Counted from the first letter of the stretch, positions 29,750 to 39,311 are shown. The stretch: DNA of 64,000 nt from Candidatus Omnitrophota bacterium (GCA_016177405.1 JACOVG010000024.1:7079-71078), one strand, 5' to 3'. The notes: a model not told the origin generated them from the letters alone. Translations and numbers: made by a program.

Positions 29750-29969
29750 CTGGGAGATGCCGGTGGGTAAGCTAAGCCGCGTGAGAGATTTTCTGCCTCC
29801 GCCTCATCGGCTTGTGGTGGAGGGGGAGATGGCGAAGGTGACCATAGCCCTTAGGAAATCGAGCGTCGATTTCTTTAAACTACAGGCGAGGAAGAATCAC
29901 ACGAAATATCAAAGAATGATCCGCGAACTGCTGGACCAGTACGCCTCCCACTACAGCCTGGCTGCTTGA
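29733..29969 (+). CDS. CopG/BrnA-like ribbon-helix-helix antitoxin
   Basis: DFLPPP...KVTIALRKSSVDFFK...KYQRMIRELLDQY. Confidence 0.8.
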   Translation: MSGKSSWEMPVGKLSRVRDFLPPPHRLVVEGEMAKVTIALRKSSVDFFKLQARKNHTKYQRMIRELLDQYASHYSLAA

Positions 29970-30124
29970 TGGTTGGCCCCCTGGAGGGGGAGGCATTGCT
30001 GAAGTGTCAGGCCCAAGGCAGCGCGGCGCGGGCAGTAGACGCCTCCGATGATGCGTTGACAGGACCGCGGCAGAGACTCAGAATGATGAGCAATGATGCA
30101 GAAACCCAGCCGCGGCCAGCCCTG

Positions 30125-30340
30125 ATGGCGGAACGCAAGGCGAAGAACCAGGACGGGGCGGACCGCCTCACAGTTACGCTGGCTCCCGGCCAGCGCAAGA
30201 TGCTGGAAACGATTGCGAGGGAGAACCATGTATCGCTCGCCTTCGTAGCCAGGCGGATGCTGTCCGATTTCATTCATGCTCACAGGAACAAGCGGCTACG
30301 CCTGTCGTTCGCCGAGACGCCCAGGAAAAGCGAGGCATGA
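30125..30340 (+). CDS. Small ribbon-helix-helix DNA-binding protein, putative regulator of the methyltransferase (start could be 30083/30086)
   Basis: RLTVTL...LETIARENHVSLAFVARR RHH pattern; ATGA-coupled to the MTase. Confidence 0.6.
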   Translation: MAERKAKNQDGADRLTVTLAPGQRKMLETIARENHVSLAFVARRMLSDFIHAHRNKRLRLSFAETPRKSEA

Positions 30341-31305
30341 GGAAACCGAAGCTGAGGCTCGTTGATCTGTTCGCAGGCATCGGAGGCGCCCGGATCGGCT
30401 TCGAAGCCGCCGGCTTCGAGACGGTCTACGCCAACGACTGCGATCCGAAGGTGGCGGAAGCCTACCGGCTGAATTTCGGAGAAGTCGACGGCGAGGAGCT
30501 TTTCAGCGTGATACGGAACGGAGGCATGAAGCGGGTGCCCAAGCGCTTCGACGTCCTGGCGGCCGGATTCCCCTGCCAGCCGTTCTCAGTCGCCGGGCGC
30601 AGGCGCGGATTTTCCGACGAAGGGCGGGGCGACCTACTCTTCGGGGTCGTAGAGATCCTGAAAGCCAGGAAGCCCGAAGCGGTTCTCCTGGAGAACGTGA
30701 AACATCTGAAGAACCACAACGACGAGAAAACCTTCCAGCGCATACAGGGGGAATTAAAGGGCGCGGGATACGCGATGAAAGCAGAGGTCCTGAACAGCCT
30801 GCACTACGGCAACGTGCCGCAGGCCAGAGAGCGCATCTACATCGTGGCTTTCCGCTCGCCGAGGACACTGATGAAGTTCCATTTCCCGGAGAGGATTCCC
30901 CTTTTGAGGACTATGCCGCAGATCCTGGAAAAGCACGTGCCCGAAAAGTACTACTACACGGAAGAAGACAGGTACATTTACCCCAAGCTGAAAGCGGCCG
31001 TCCGCCGGAAAGACCGCTTCTACCAGTACCGCCGCACCTACGTCCGGGAGAATAAAAGCGGCGCCTGCCCTACTTTGATGGCGAACATGGGGGCGGGCGG
31101 GCACAACGTCCCGATCGTAAGGGACGCGCAGGGCATCAGGCGGCTTACTCCCCGCGAATGCGCCCGGCTCCAGGGATTCCCCGAGTCGTTCGCGTTTCCA
31201 GCCGGCCAGGCCGACTCCCATCTGTACAGGCAGATCGGGAATTCGATGACGGTTCCGCTCATCGTCCGCCTTGCCGAAAACATAAGAATCGCCCTCGAGT
31301 CTTGA
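30337..31305 (+). CDS. DNA (cytosine-5)-methyltransferase, M.Bsp6I-like (predicted GCNGC)
   Basis: DLFAGIGG, GFPCQPFS, ENV, QARERIY and YRQIGNS. TRD YQYRRTYVRENKSGACPTLMANMGAGGHNVP resembles M.Bsp6I as recalled. Confidence 0.92.
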   Translation: MRKPKLRLVDLFAGIGGARIGFEAAGFETVYANDCDPKVAEAYRLNFGEVDGEELFSVIRNGGMKRVPKRFDVLAAGFPCQPFSVAGRRRGFSDEGRGDLLFGVVEILKARKPEAVLLENVKHLKNHNDEKTFQRIQGELKGAGYAMKAEVLNSLHYGNVPQARERIYIVAFRSPRTLMKFHFPERIPLLRTMPQILEKHVPEKYYYTEEDRYIYPKLKAAVRRKDRFYQYRRTYVRENKSGACPTLMANMGAGGHNVPIVRDAQGIRRLTPRECARLQGFPESFAFPAGQADSHLYRQIGNSMTVPLIVRLAENIRIALES

Positions 31306-31314
31306 GCGCCCCCC

Positions 31315-31725
31315 ATGGCGGACACGTTCACGAAGCGGAAGCGGAGCGAAATCATGTCCCGCATCCACGCCAAGAATACGGGGATAGAAAGGCGCGCCTT
31401 CTCGCACCTCAGAAAACATCGCGTCCATTTCCAGGCCCACTACGGCAAAGCTCCCGGCAAACCGGACATCGCGGTTCCATCCAGAAAACTGGCGGTCTTC
31501 ATCCACGGCGATTTCTGGCACGGGTACCGCTTCTCCGCCTGGAGGCGCCGGATCCCCCGCGAATACTGGCGCGACAAGATAGCATCGAATATCAAGCGGG
31601 ACAGGAAGCACCGAAGGGCTCTGAAGCGACAAGGCTGGCGCGTCCTTAAGGTATGGGGCCACGAACTACTCGAAGATCCGGAGCTTGCCTGCAGGAAGAT
31701 CGCTGATTTCATGCGTACACGTTAA
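31315..31725 (+). CDS. vsr: Very short patch repair endonuclease
   Basis: KRSEIMSRI, PGKPDI, FIHGDFWHG and GWRVLKVW. Confidence 0.93.
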   Translation: MADTFTKRKRSEIMSRIHAKNTGIERRAFSHLRKHRVHFQAHYGKAPGKPDIAVPSRKLAVFIHGDFWHGYRFSAWRRRIPREYWRDKIASNIKRDRKHRRALKRQGWRVLKVWGHELLEDPELACRKIADFMRTR

Positions 31726-31788
31726 AATATCATCCAGGGACTCCGTTTTTATCCCCTAGAATGATTCTCTGTATAAATAAATTACCTA

Positions 31789-31818
31789 TTGACACAGGTA
31801 TTTACCCTGTGATACGGT
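31789..31818 (+). promoter_or_regulatory. Sigma70 promoter (TTGACA-18bp-TACGGT) with overlapping inverted repeat CACAGG-N7-CCTGTG
   Basis: Consensus -35 and a palindromic operator in the spacer, just upstream of ORF 31827. Confidence 0.6.
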
Positions 31819-31826
31819 GAGCGCAA

Positions 31827-32045
31827 ATGGACAGGCGCAGGGATAATTTCAAGAGGCTGGCGGCCTCAAGAACCAATGAAGTACTGAGGCGTTTGAAGAT
31901 ACTGGGGAACTGCGCCAATCGTAGCCATTACGACTACACGGAGGAGGAGGTCGCCAGGATCTTTTCCGAGATCGACAAACGGGCCAGGCAGGCGAGGGCG
32001 AAGTTCACCTTCCCGAGCGAAACCGGCGAGGAGTTCAGGATTTAG
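31827..32045 (+). CDS. Small conserved helical protein (paralog of 35585-35833)
   Basis: FKRLA..RT...L...LGN....YDYT.E....IF pattern shared with the paralog. Confidence 0.8.
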   Translation: MDRRRDNFKRLAASRTNEVLRRLKILGNCANRSHYDYTEEEVARIFSEIDKRARQARAKFTFPSETGEEFRI

Positions 32046-32047
32046 CC

Positions 32048-33931
32048 ATGGCCAAGAAGCGTCCCAAAGCCGAGTCGGCTTTCCGAAGGACCCCTGAGCG
32101 GCCGGAGGGAAGCGCATGCTGGCTTTTCCCAAGCACCGATCATGGCGAGGACGATGGGTTCTCTGACTCGCAGCTGGAATACTTCCAGGGCGACCACGAG
32201 AGGCATGTCGCCAGGGAAACGATCCAGAACTCGGTCGACCAGCGCCTGGACTACAGGAGGCCCGTGTCGGTCGTATTCGAGCGCTTCGCCATGCCCGTCT
32301 CCGCGCTTCCGGGACACGCCAGCCTGCTTGATACGATGCGGCGTTGCCGGGAATTCGTAGCGGGCCAGGATAAAGCGGAACGCTTCTTCGATTCCGCAGC
32401 CAAGTTTTTAACCGGCACCCGGCTGCCGGTCTTGAAAATAAGCGATTCCAACACCTGCGGCCTCTCGGGCTCGGACATGGACAAAGAAGGCAATTGGTAC
32501 CGGCTGGTAAGGGCCGCAGGAACCAGTTCGCCGAAAGGCGTTGCGGGCGGATCTTTCGGCATCGGCAAAGGCGCGCCGATCGCAGCGTCGGCACTGAGGA
32601 CCGTCTTCTACTCCAGCATCAACGAAGCCGGCGAGCCGGTCTTCCAGGGGAAGTCCAGGCTCGTCAGCCACTACGACGGTGGCGGAGACGTCCGCCAGGG
32701 GGTCGGCTTCTACGGGACCGACGGCCACCGGGCGATACGGAACGCTGCCCTCATACCAAGCATCTTCGGGCGCAAAGAGCGCGGCACCGACATCTTCATC
32801 ATCAGCTACGCGATCGAGGGCAACTGGCTGGAGAAGCTCATCAAGCCGATCCTCTACAACTTCTGGCTCGCGATCCACCACGGCGACCTGGAAGTAACGA
32901 TCAGAGACGGCCGCGAAAAGACGATTTCGAAGGCGACCCTCGCGAAGGATCTCGCCGAACACGACTGCGGAAACGCGAGATTCTTCTTCGAAGCGGTCAC
33001 CAACCCGACGCAGACGTTTGAGAAAGACCTGCAGTACTTCGGAAACGCTTCCCTCTTCGTCAGGAAGCATCCGGATTACCCGAGCGAAGTGATGATGGTG
33101 AGGAAACCGCGGATGCTCGTCCGGGAGCGCCCGTTCCGCGCGCTGAGGGAGCCGTATGCAAGCGTGCTCGTATGCGACGACGACCGGGGGAACGACCTGT
33201 TGCGCGAACTGGAGCCGCCTGCGCACGACAAATGGGACAAGGCGCGCCACCCGGACGGGGAAGCGGCTCTGCGGGAGCTCGATCACTTCATCCGAAGCTC
33301 GCTCAAGAGCATGGGAGAGGCCGTTTCAGGAGAGCTCCAGGACATCCCCGGCCTCGACCGCTATCTGCCGGACAGCGACGACCGGGATCCGGCATTCCCC
33401 GGCGGGCCGGATGCCTTCGAGCCGTCGGAGCTCGCGACGTCCGAGGAGACGGGCCGGGAGGTGGGAGCGGCCGGAGAACCGGCCGAAGGATCGGTAGACG
33501 GCGTCCCGCGGCGGGCCGTCGTAGTGACAAGCCCGGCGGGAGGGGGGCGCCACCGAAAGGGCAAGAAAAGACTACGGCCGTCTCCTACGCCTCCTCCGGG
33601 CGAGGAAAAGGGGGAGGGGAAGCGCATCCGAACATCGGACATCCGCTTCAGGAGCTTCGTCCAGCGCGACGGCGGCGGAATCGAATACCGCGTCCTGATC
33701 ACCGGCCGCGAGCCCTGCGAAGGGGATATGCACCTCGTGGCAGTCGGAGACGACGGATCCTACGCCGCCGACGTGGAATCCGCGGTCGACGCCGACACCC
33801 GCGCTCCCTACCCGGTGAGCGGCCCAGCCATCCGGGGGCTGGCTGTAGGCAAAGGGGAAACAATCAAGCTGATCGTCCGGCTTGCATCGAACAAGAAGTA
33901 TGCGCTGGGGATCGAAGCTTATGAAGGTTAA
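32048..33931 (+). CDS. GHKL (Hsp90/MORC-like) ATPase-domain protein
   Basis: N-box RETIQNSVD, G1 ISDSNTCGL and G2 GGSFGIGKG; low-complexity linker and beta-rich C-terminus. Confidence 0.75.
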   Translation: MAKKRPKAESAFRRTPERPEGSACWLFPSTDHGEDDGFSDSQLEYFQGDHERHVARETIQNSVDQRLDYRRPVSVVFERFAMPVSALPGHASLLDTMRRCREFVAGQDKAERFFDSAAKFLTGTRLPVLKISDSNTCGLSGSDMDKEGNWYRLVRAAGTSSPKGVAGGSFGIGKGAPIAASALRTVFYSSINEAGEPVFQGKSRLVSHYDGGGDVRQGVGFYGTDGHRAIRNAALIPSIFGRKERGTDIFIISYAIEGNWLEKLIKPILYNFWLAIHHGDLEVTIRDGREKTISKATLAKDLAEHDCGNARFFFEAVTNPTQTFEKDLQYFGNASLFVRKHPDYPSEVMMVRKPRMLVRERPFRALREPYASVLVCDDDRGNDLLRELEPPAHDKWDKARHPDGEAALRELDHFIRSSLKSMGEAVSGELQDIPGLDRYLPDSDDRDPAFPGGPDAFEPSELATSEETGREVGAAGEPAEGSVDGVPRRAVVVTSPAGGGRHRKGKKRLRPSPTPPPGEEKGEGKRIRTSDIRFRSFVQRDGGGIEYRVLITGREPCEGDMHLVAVGDDGSYAADVESAVDADTRAPYPVSGPAIRGLAVGKGETIKLIVRLASNKKYALGIEAYEG

Positions 33932-34766
33932 TGCCAAATCCTATCCGCATCCGGTCCTGGGCAACGAAGACGATCTTGACGGCTCTTTCAGCGTGGACTT
34001 CCGCTACGAGCTGGGGAGGAAGGAAATCCTCTTGCTGCCTGCGTTCTCGATCAAAAGCCCGGCCATTGAGGAGCTCATCAGGAAGAACAGGGCGTCCTTC
34101 CTCGCCGAGGTGGAATGCCGGAGCACTTTTTTCAGGACATGCTTTTCGACCAGGAAACCACTCGAGCGCTTCTCCATCCCGGCGGCGCGGGTGCGGGAGC
34201 GGGTAACCGTAGGCTTCTATGTCTGCGCCGACGAAGACGTCAAGGGCTACCGGCCGAGCGGCTGCCATCCGGATTACGAAGGCGCCACGTTCGACGTGGA
34301 GAAGGGCGACGTGCTCGCAGCGGGGGGATTCTGCTCTTTCATAGCCGAGAAGGAGTTCGACCCCCTGCGGCCGCCGGTATCGTCTTTCATGGCCATCCGC
34401 GAGGGGCGGCACCACGAGGGCCTGATGGAGATCGATTACGACGAGGAAAAGATCGCAATCGAGCTGTCTAAAGCCGATTGGCGGGAATATGCCGGCATAC
34501 GGGGCCAGAAAGCTGCTGAGGGAGTCCTCCATGCCGCGATCGTCTTTCCCGTTCTGGTAAGCGCCATCCAGCACGTCCAGAATCCGAACTCCGACTACGA
34601 AGGCAAGAACTGGTTCGGCCGGCTCCAGACCATTCTTGAAACGAAGGGGCTCCGAGAGAGGGATCCTTTGGAAGCGGCCCAGAAGATCCTCGAAAACCCT
34701 GTTGCGAGGGCGCTGAGCGGCTTTTCCGCCCTGCTCGAACCGGGGAGCGAGCATGAGGACAGCTGA
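33921..34766 (+). CDS. Conserved hypothetical protein (SYPHPVL N-terminus)
   Basis: Overlaps both neighbours; codon usage matches the cassette. Confidence 0.75.
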   Translation: MKVNAKSYPHPVLGNEDDLDGSFSVDFRYELGRKEILLLPAFSIKSPAIEELIRKNRASFLAEVECRSTFFRTCFSTRKPLERFSIPAARVRERVTVGFYVCADEDVKGYRPSGCHPDYEGATFDVEKGDVLAAGGFCSFIAEKEFDPLRPPVSSFMAIREGRHHEGLMEIDYDEEKIAIELSKADWREYAGIRGQKAAEGVLHAAIVFPVLVSAIQHVQNPNSDYEGKNWFGRLQTILETKGLRERDPLEAAQKILENPVARALSGFSALLEPGSEHEDS

Positions 34767-35649
34767 AAGGCGCTGCCAGAAGATTTTCAGGCGGGCGGCC
34801 ATAGCGCGCCTCCGGTCCGAACTGCGGGACGGCAGGGCCCTGAAGGGGTACTTCGAAGAAACATTCAGGATCAAACCGAAAGAGGTCATGCTCTCGACCA
34901 TCGAGCTCAGAGGCAAGATGCCGAAGCTGAAAGCCCCAAAGAGGGACCCTGTATCGGCTGATCTCGAGAATGCGATCGCCCTGCATTCCTATTACTCAGG
35001 GTTGGATGAAACCCAGGCGTCCGACCCGCGCCTGTGGGCGTACCTGAGCCATGTCGAATTCAGGAAGTATGCCCTGGTCCGGTGGGGCCTAAGCGGCTCA
35101 TTCAAGGTTCTGCAGGGCGAGGCCGAAAAAATCAAGGCAATCAATCAGATCATCGACCACTGGTTCGTAAGCGGCAACGACCGCGATCTGCGCAGACACG
35201 CCATCGCCAGGCTCTGGTGGGCGGCGCATCTGACCTTCGCGCCGTGGGAGCGGGATCCGGAATTCTTCGCCGGCCTCAAGCGCAAGGATCCCTACCATTA
35301 CACGCGGGTCCTGCTGGCAACGCAGGACATCTACCAGCAAGTCCTGGAGCGCGCGATGGGGCGCTCCAACCGGATTTTAATCTCCATTCTGGATTATCTG
35401 GACCAAAACCCGGATTTTGCGGCGTCGCGGGAGCGGATACGAGGGTTCACCAAGGAGCTCAACCTCCTTTATGGGACGAAGAAACTGATCGGGCTGGACA
35501 GGGGCAGCCTCAGCCTCCTCATCGAGAGCGTGGCCAGCGATGCTGCCGGGGACGGAGCAGTTACAACGCAAGGAGGATCAGAAGATGGGCGCAGAGCAAG
35601 CAGTGCGGGCAGAAACGAAGGCGCAGCGGTTCCAGCGGCTGGCGACTAA
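34753..35649 (+). CDS. DUF6339-like protein
   Basis: ASDPRLWAYLSH and RHAIARLWW motifs, family recalled rather than searched. Confidence 0.65.
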   Translation: MRTAERRCQKIFRRAAIARLRSELRDGRALKGYFEETFRIKPKEVMLSTIELRGKMPKLKAPKRDPVSADLENAIALHSYYSGLDETQASDPRLWAYLSHVEFRKYALVRWGLSGSFKVLQGEAEKIKAINQIIDHWFVSGNDRDLRRHAIARLWWAAHLTFAPWERDPEFFAGLKRKDPYHYTRVLLATQDIYQQVLERAMGRSNRILISILDYLDQNPDFAASRERIRGFTKELNLLYGTKKLIGLDRGSLSLLIESVASDAAGDGAVTTQGGSEDGRRASSAGRNEGAAVPAAGD

Positions 35650-35833
35650 GCGGACGCAGGTGGCGCTGAAAAGAATCGGGCTGGTCGGCAATCTCACCGG
35701 CCCCGGCTACGACTACACTCCGGAGCAAGCGGCGAAGATCATCAGCGCCCTGCGCGCAGCCGTGAGCGCCGTTGAAACCAAATTCAGCCGGACCCGCGGA
35801 GCCAAGGCGTCGGAAGCCTCATTCACGCTGTAG
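35585..35833 (+). CDS. Small conserved helical protein (paralog of 31827-32045)
   Basis: AGGAGG RBS; RFQRLATKRT...LVGNL...YDYTPEQ. Confidence 0.8.
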   Translation: MGAEQAVRAETKAQRFQRLATKRTQVALKRIGLVGNLTGPGYDYTPEQAAKIISALRAAVSAVETKFSRTRGAKASEASFTL

Positions 35834-35912
35834 CATGTCTGCAGAATAGGCGGCCATTCGCGATTTTCTTTCTGATCGGCTAATTCGGGTCGCCTTTTTC
35901 TGGGCTTATACG

Positions 35913-36812
35913 ATGCCAATTGCAGAATCGAAGCTTTCCACGTGGGCTCACCAGGGCGCGATAACTGCAGCGCGCCAGACCTACAGGGCAATTCAAACAG
36001 CCCTAGAGGCCGGTTCGTCTTCCGTTGCCCCTAGAGGTTTCGAAGTCTACCTCCAGGGTTCTTATAAGAATGACACGAATGTCCGGAGCGACAGCGACGT
36101 AGACGTCGTCGTAGAGTTCCGCGAAACTTTCGGGAGAGACCTCGCGGCACTGCCGTTGGAGCAGCAAAGGGCCTACGCGCTGGCATATCAAGATGCTGCA
36201 TATAAGCTGGAGCATTTCCGGTCCGGCGTTTTAAGCGCGCTCCAAAACCATTTCGGGAGAACAGCAGTTTCCAGAGGAAGAAAATCCATAAAAGTCGCGC
36301 CCGCCTATCGGCTGCGAGCCGATGTCGTGCCCTGCATCACCTTCCGAAGGTATCTTTACTTCCGAAGCCTGGGCGACCAAAATTATGTCGAGGGAATCAG
36401 GTTTGATATACCGTCGGAAAACAACAGGACGGTCATCAACTATCCGAAGCGCCACTATGACAACGGCGTTGCCAAAAATAGTCCTGCCAGAACCAACGGG
36501 TGGTACAAGCACACCGTACGAATGTTCAAGAACGCGAGATCCAAACTGATCGACGGCGGAGCAATCGGGCAGGGCCTGGCCCCTTCCTATTTTCTCGAGT
36601 GCCTCCTATTCAACGTGCCTGACCGCTGTTTCGGAGGAGGAGATGAGGAAACGTTCTATGGCGTGCTGAACTGGCTGAACCAGGCGAACCTTCAGAATCT
36701 CAAATGCCAGAACGGCGTTGTAAACTTGTTCGGCGAATCTCCCGAGCAGTGGTCAACGAGCCAAGCATCCGAGTTGATCGGCGCGCTGGTCGGTCTTTGG
36801 AATAACTCGTAA
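35913..36812 (+). CDS. cdnE: CBASS cGAS/DncV-like nucleotidyltransferase, CdnE-like
   Basis: YLQGSYKNDTNVRSDSDVDVVV, INYPKRHYDNG, APSYFLECLLFNVPD and CQNG...LFG..PEQW; closely resembles Rhodothermus CdnE as recalled. Confidence 0.9.
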   Translation: MPIAESKLSTWAHQGAITAARQTYRAIQTALEAGSSSVAPRGFEVYLQGSYKNDTNVRSDSDVDVVVEFRETFGRDLAALPLEQQRAYALAYQDAAYKLEHFRSGVLSALQNHFGRTAVSRGRKSIKVAPAYRLRADVVPCITFRRYLYFRSLGDQNYVEGIRFDIPSENNRTVINYPKRHYDNGVAKNSPARTNGWYKHTVRMFKNARSKLIDGGAIGQGLAPSYFLECLLFNVPDRCFGGGDEETFYGVLNWLNQANLQNLKCQNGVVNLFGESPEQWSTSQASELIGALVGLWNNS

Positions 36813-36818
36813 CCCCGT

Positions 36819-37427
36819 ATGCATCCCTACAGCACTGACTCGAAAGAGCGGATATTCGTCCCCTTCTTCTTAGCCGTATTGAGCATCCTGGGTGCTCTGC
36901 TTTTTCACAAGTGGCTTGCCTTTCTAAGAATTGAACTGCCGTGGTGGTCTGAGGCTCCGTCCGTTATGGGTGTTTATGGATTATTCCACGGTTTCTTCGA
37001 TCGGGCGGCTTGGCGATGGCCTATCCTTCGGAAAATTGGCATTGTGAAGATCCCAGATCTAAACGGTTCGTGGAAGGGCGAAGCCGGTTCCTCTTTTGAT
37101 AGGCATAGCTCGGGGCGCGAGATAACCGTTGAAATCCAACAACGCTGGTCTCGAATTTCTGTGGTTTTAAGGGCGCCGGATTCCATTTCGCGTAGCTTGA
37201 TAGGCGGCCTTCTCACGGAGGATCCGATTGGAGCGATGCTCAGCTACGAGTACCTAAATGAGCCGAAATCTAATGCGCCCGCTACGATGCAGACTCATCG
37301 AGGGACGACTCGGCTAATTATCGGGGAGAATCTTCGAACGCTTGAAGGCGAGTACTATTCGGGACGTGGCAGAAGCAGCGCGGGGGTTCTCAACCTTAAG
37401 CGAATTACCCGGGATGGACGGGTCTAA
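36819..37427 (+). CDS. cap15: CBASS 2TM beta-barrel effector (Cap15 / S-2TMbeta)
   Basis: Two TM helices, then PDLNGSWKG, IQQRWSRI, YEYLNEP, HRGT and LEGEYYSGR; directly follows the CD-NTase. Confidence 0.88.
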   Translation: MHPYSTDSKERIFVPFFLAVLSILGALLFHKWLAFLRIELPWWSEAPSVMGVYGLFHGFFDRAAWRWPILRKIGIVKIPDLNGSWKGEAGSSFDRHSSGREITVEIQQRWSRISVVLRAPDSISRSLIGGLLTEDPIGAMLSYEYLNEPKSNAPATMQTHRGTTRLIIGENLRTLEGEYYSGRGRSSAGVLNLKRITRDGRV

Positions 37428-37457
37428 ATTTAAGAAGGAGCGTTGCATACGCTGACC

Positions 37458-38990
37458 ATGGCCACCGCCAATGATGAAAAGATGATCGCCGGACTTCCGA
37501 CACAGCACCAGGCTGCTCTCAGGTGGTTCTCTGAGAATGCCGGAGGAGAATGTCAGTGGCCGGGTTCTTCTCCTGCCGGGCTGCTCGCCAGCAGAGCAAA
37601 AGGGATCTACAAGCCGCGCTGGTCAAAATATGCATTGAGCGTCCGGCAAGCTGTGAACAGCCCGTATCCAAATTTAGAGCCCTCACCGAGAGCTGATGGA
37701 ACCTGGGCTTATTCCTATTTCCAGGAGGGCAAGGATCCGCATCTGCGCGACTCCAGATATACAAACCGAGCGTTAGTCGCATGCTGGCATGATCGCGTTC
37801 CGATCGGAGTACTGAAGCAGGTTAGCGGGCGCCCAAAAGCTCGATACCGGGTGCTAGGCCTTGCCCTCGTAACAGGGTGGAAAAAGGGCTACTTCCTCTT
37901 GGAAGGATTCTCGCCCAGCGGAACAGTAAACCATGGGGATGGGACTCGTGCGCAAGATTGGAGCCGCACTGCTCCTAAACACCTGATCGCCAACATCACA
38001 TGGAATCGCCATGGGTGGAGAAATCTTTATGTGGATCCGCGTGCGGGGCACCGGTACGCTCGAAAATATCCGGGGCACGAATCGTTAAACTTCGACTTTT
38101 CCAAGAAAGGCATCGATACAGCGGATGAAGTTTATGGCCACATTGCATGGACGAGGCCGCCCGCAAAATTCGGGCCTCCCGGTTTCATCTTCTTTTATTC
38201 AAGGAATCTTGATACGGGAGGCGGCGAGATCGTGGGTGTCTATGGCAACGCGCGAATTACAGACAGAAGGAAGGTTCCTTGCAGCGGGTTCCACAACAAT
38301 GTTTTGGAGCTGAATGTCGCTGCCCAGAAGTCCTTGTCCATGCTTTTCCCCGTCCCCCTTAGAGCCAGCCGTTATTCCAACGGCAGGCTGGTTCCCCAAT
38401 GCGGCTTCACCTATATTGGAAAAACTTTGGCGGATGGAATCTTACGCGACGAGATCCATGCCCTTCACACTGCTGGCGGGCCCCGGCTTCCAGAGTTGCA
38501 GAAGCTGAAGAATATCTACTCCCTGGCAACAGGGAAAAACTACCAGGATGATTACCAGGACGACGATCTGCAGCAACAAGAGGAGATAGTCGGCCATCTA
38601 CAGATACAGAAAGTCTCAAGGCAGTCCATCGCAGAAGAGCTTCGCCGCCTCCGGCCAACTGATCCTCAGACGGTCACAATCAGGGCAAAGGCATACAAGC
38701 GGGATAACAAGACTATCGCCCAGCTCAAAATTCTGCGCGGCTTTAAATGTCAGCTTTGCCAAACACAGATCCGAAAAAGAAACGGCGGGTTTTACGCTGA
38801 GGCTGCGCATATTACCCCCAAGAGCCGCAGGGGGCTAGAGATGCCTGACAACATTCTGATTCTCTGTCCGAATCATCACAAGGAATTCGATTTAGGGGAC
38901 AGAAAAATAACGTCTCGGCTGCAGGAGAAAATCGAGTTTTACCTCAACGGTCGGTTTTTTAAGGTCGACCTGCGACTGCTGCGACAGTAA
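37458..38990 (+). CDS. Multidomain HNH endonuclease, putative restriction/defence nuclease
   Basis: C-terminal CQLC...AEAAHITPKS...NILILCPNHH. Confidence 0.82.
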   Translation: MATANDEKMIAGLPTQHQAALRWFSENAGGECQWPGSSPAGLLASRAKGIYKPRWSKYALSVRQAVNSPYPNLEPSPRADGTWAYSYFQEGKDPHLRDSRYTNRALVACWHDRVPIGVLKQVSGRPKARYRVLGLALVTGWKKGYFLLEGFSPSGTVNHGDGTRAQDWSRTAPKHLIANITWNRHGWRNLYVDPRAGHRYARKYPGHESLNFDFSKKGIDTADEVYGHIAWTRPPAKFGPPGFIFFYSRNLDTGGGEIVGVYGNARITDRRKVPCSGFHNNVLELNVAAQKSLSMLFPVPLRASRYSNGRLVPQCGFTYIGKTLADGILRDEIHALHTAGGPRLPELQKLKNIYSLATGKNYQDDYQDDDLQQQEEIVGHLQIQKVSRQSIAEELRRLRPTDPQTVTIRAKAYKRDNKTIAQLKILRGFKCQLCQTQIRKRNGGFYAEAAHITPKSRRGLEMPDNILILCPNHHKEFDLGDRKITSRLQEKIEFYLNGRFFKVDLRLLRQ

Positions 38991-39311
38991 AGGGAGGCGG
39001 TGCGACAGTAAACAGGAAGGGAGGCGGTACTGGGTGTGCCATGCTGGATGGTGGTTAGGCTGACGCCTCCCAGTGACCCTAATGAAATGGCCCCCAAGGG
39101 GATTAAGAAGATAACCCTTGAGATCGAGGAGACCTAGAAGACGATTCGCCCAAGGGTTTTTACGGCTGTTCCAAGCCTTCTCCTGCCCTTCCTCCTCTTT
39201 ACAACTGCTGTTTTAGCCCGTCCCGCCGACGTTGAGAACATCCCGCCTGATCGCTATTTCGAAGTTGCCCTGAACGAGATCCAACAGGCCAAATCCTCCA
39301 TATGGCTCACC

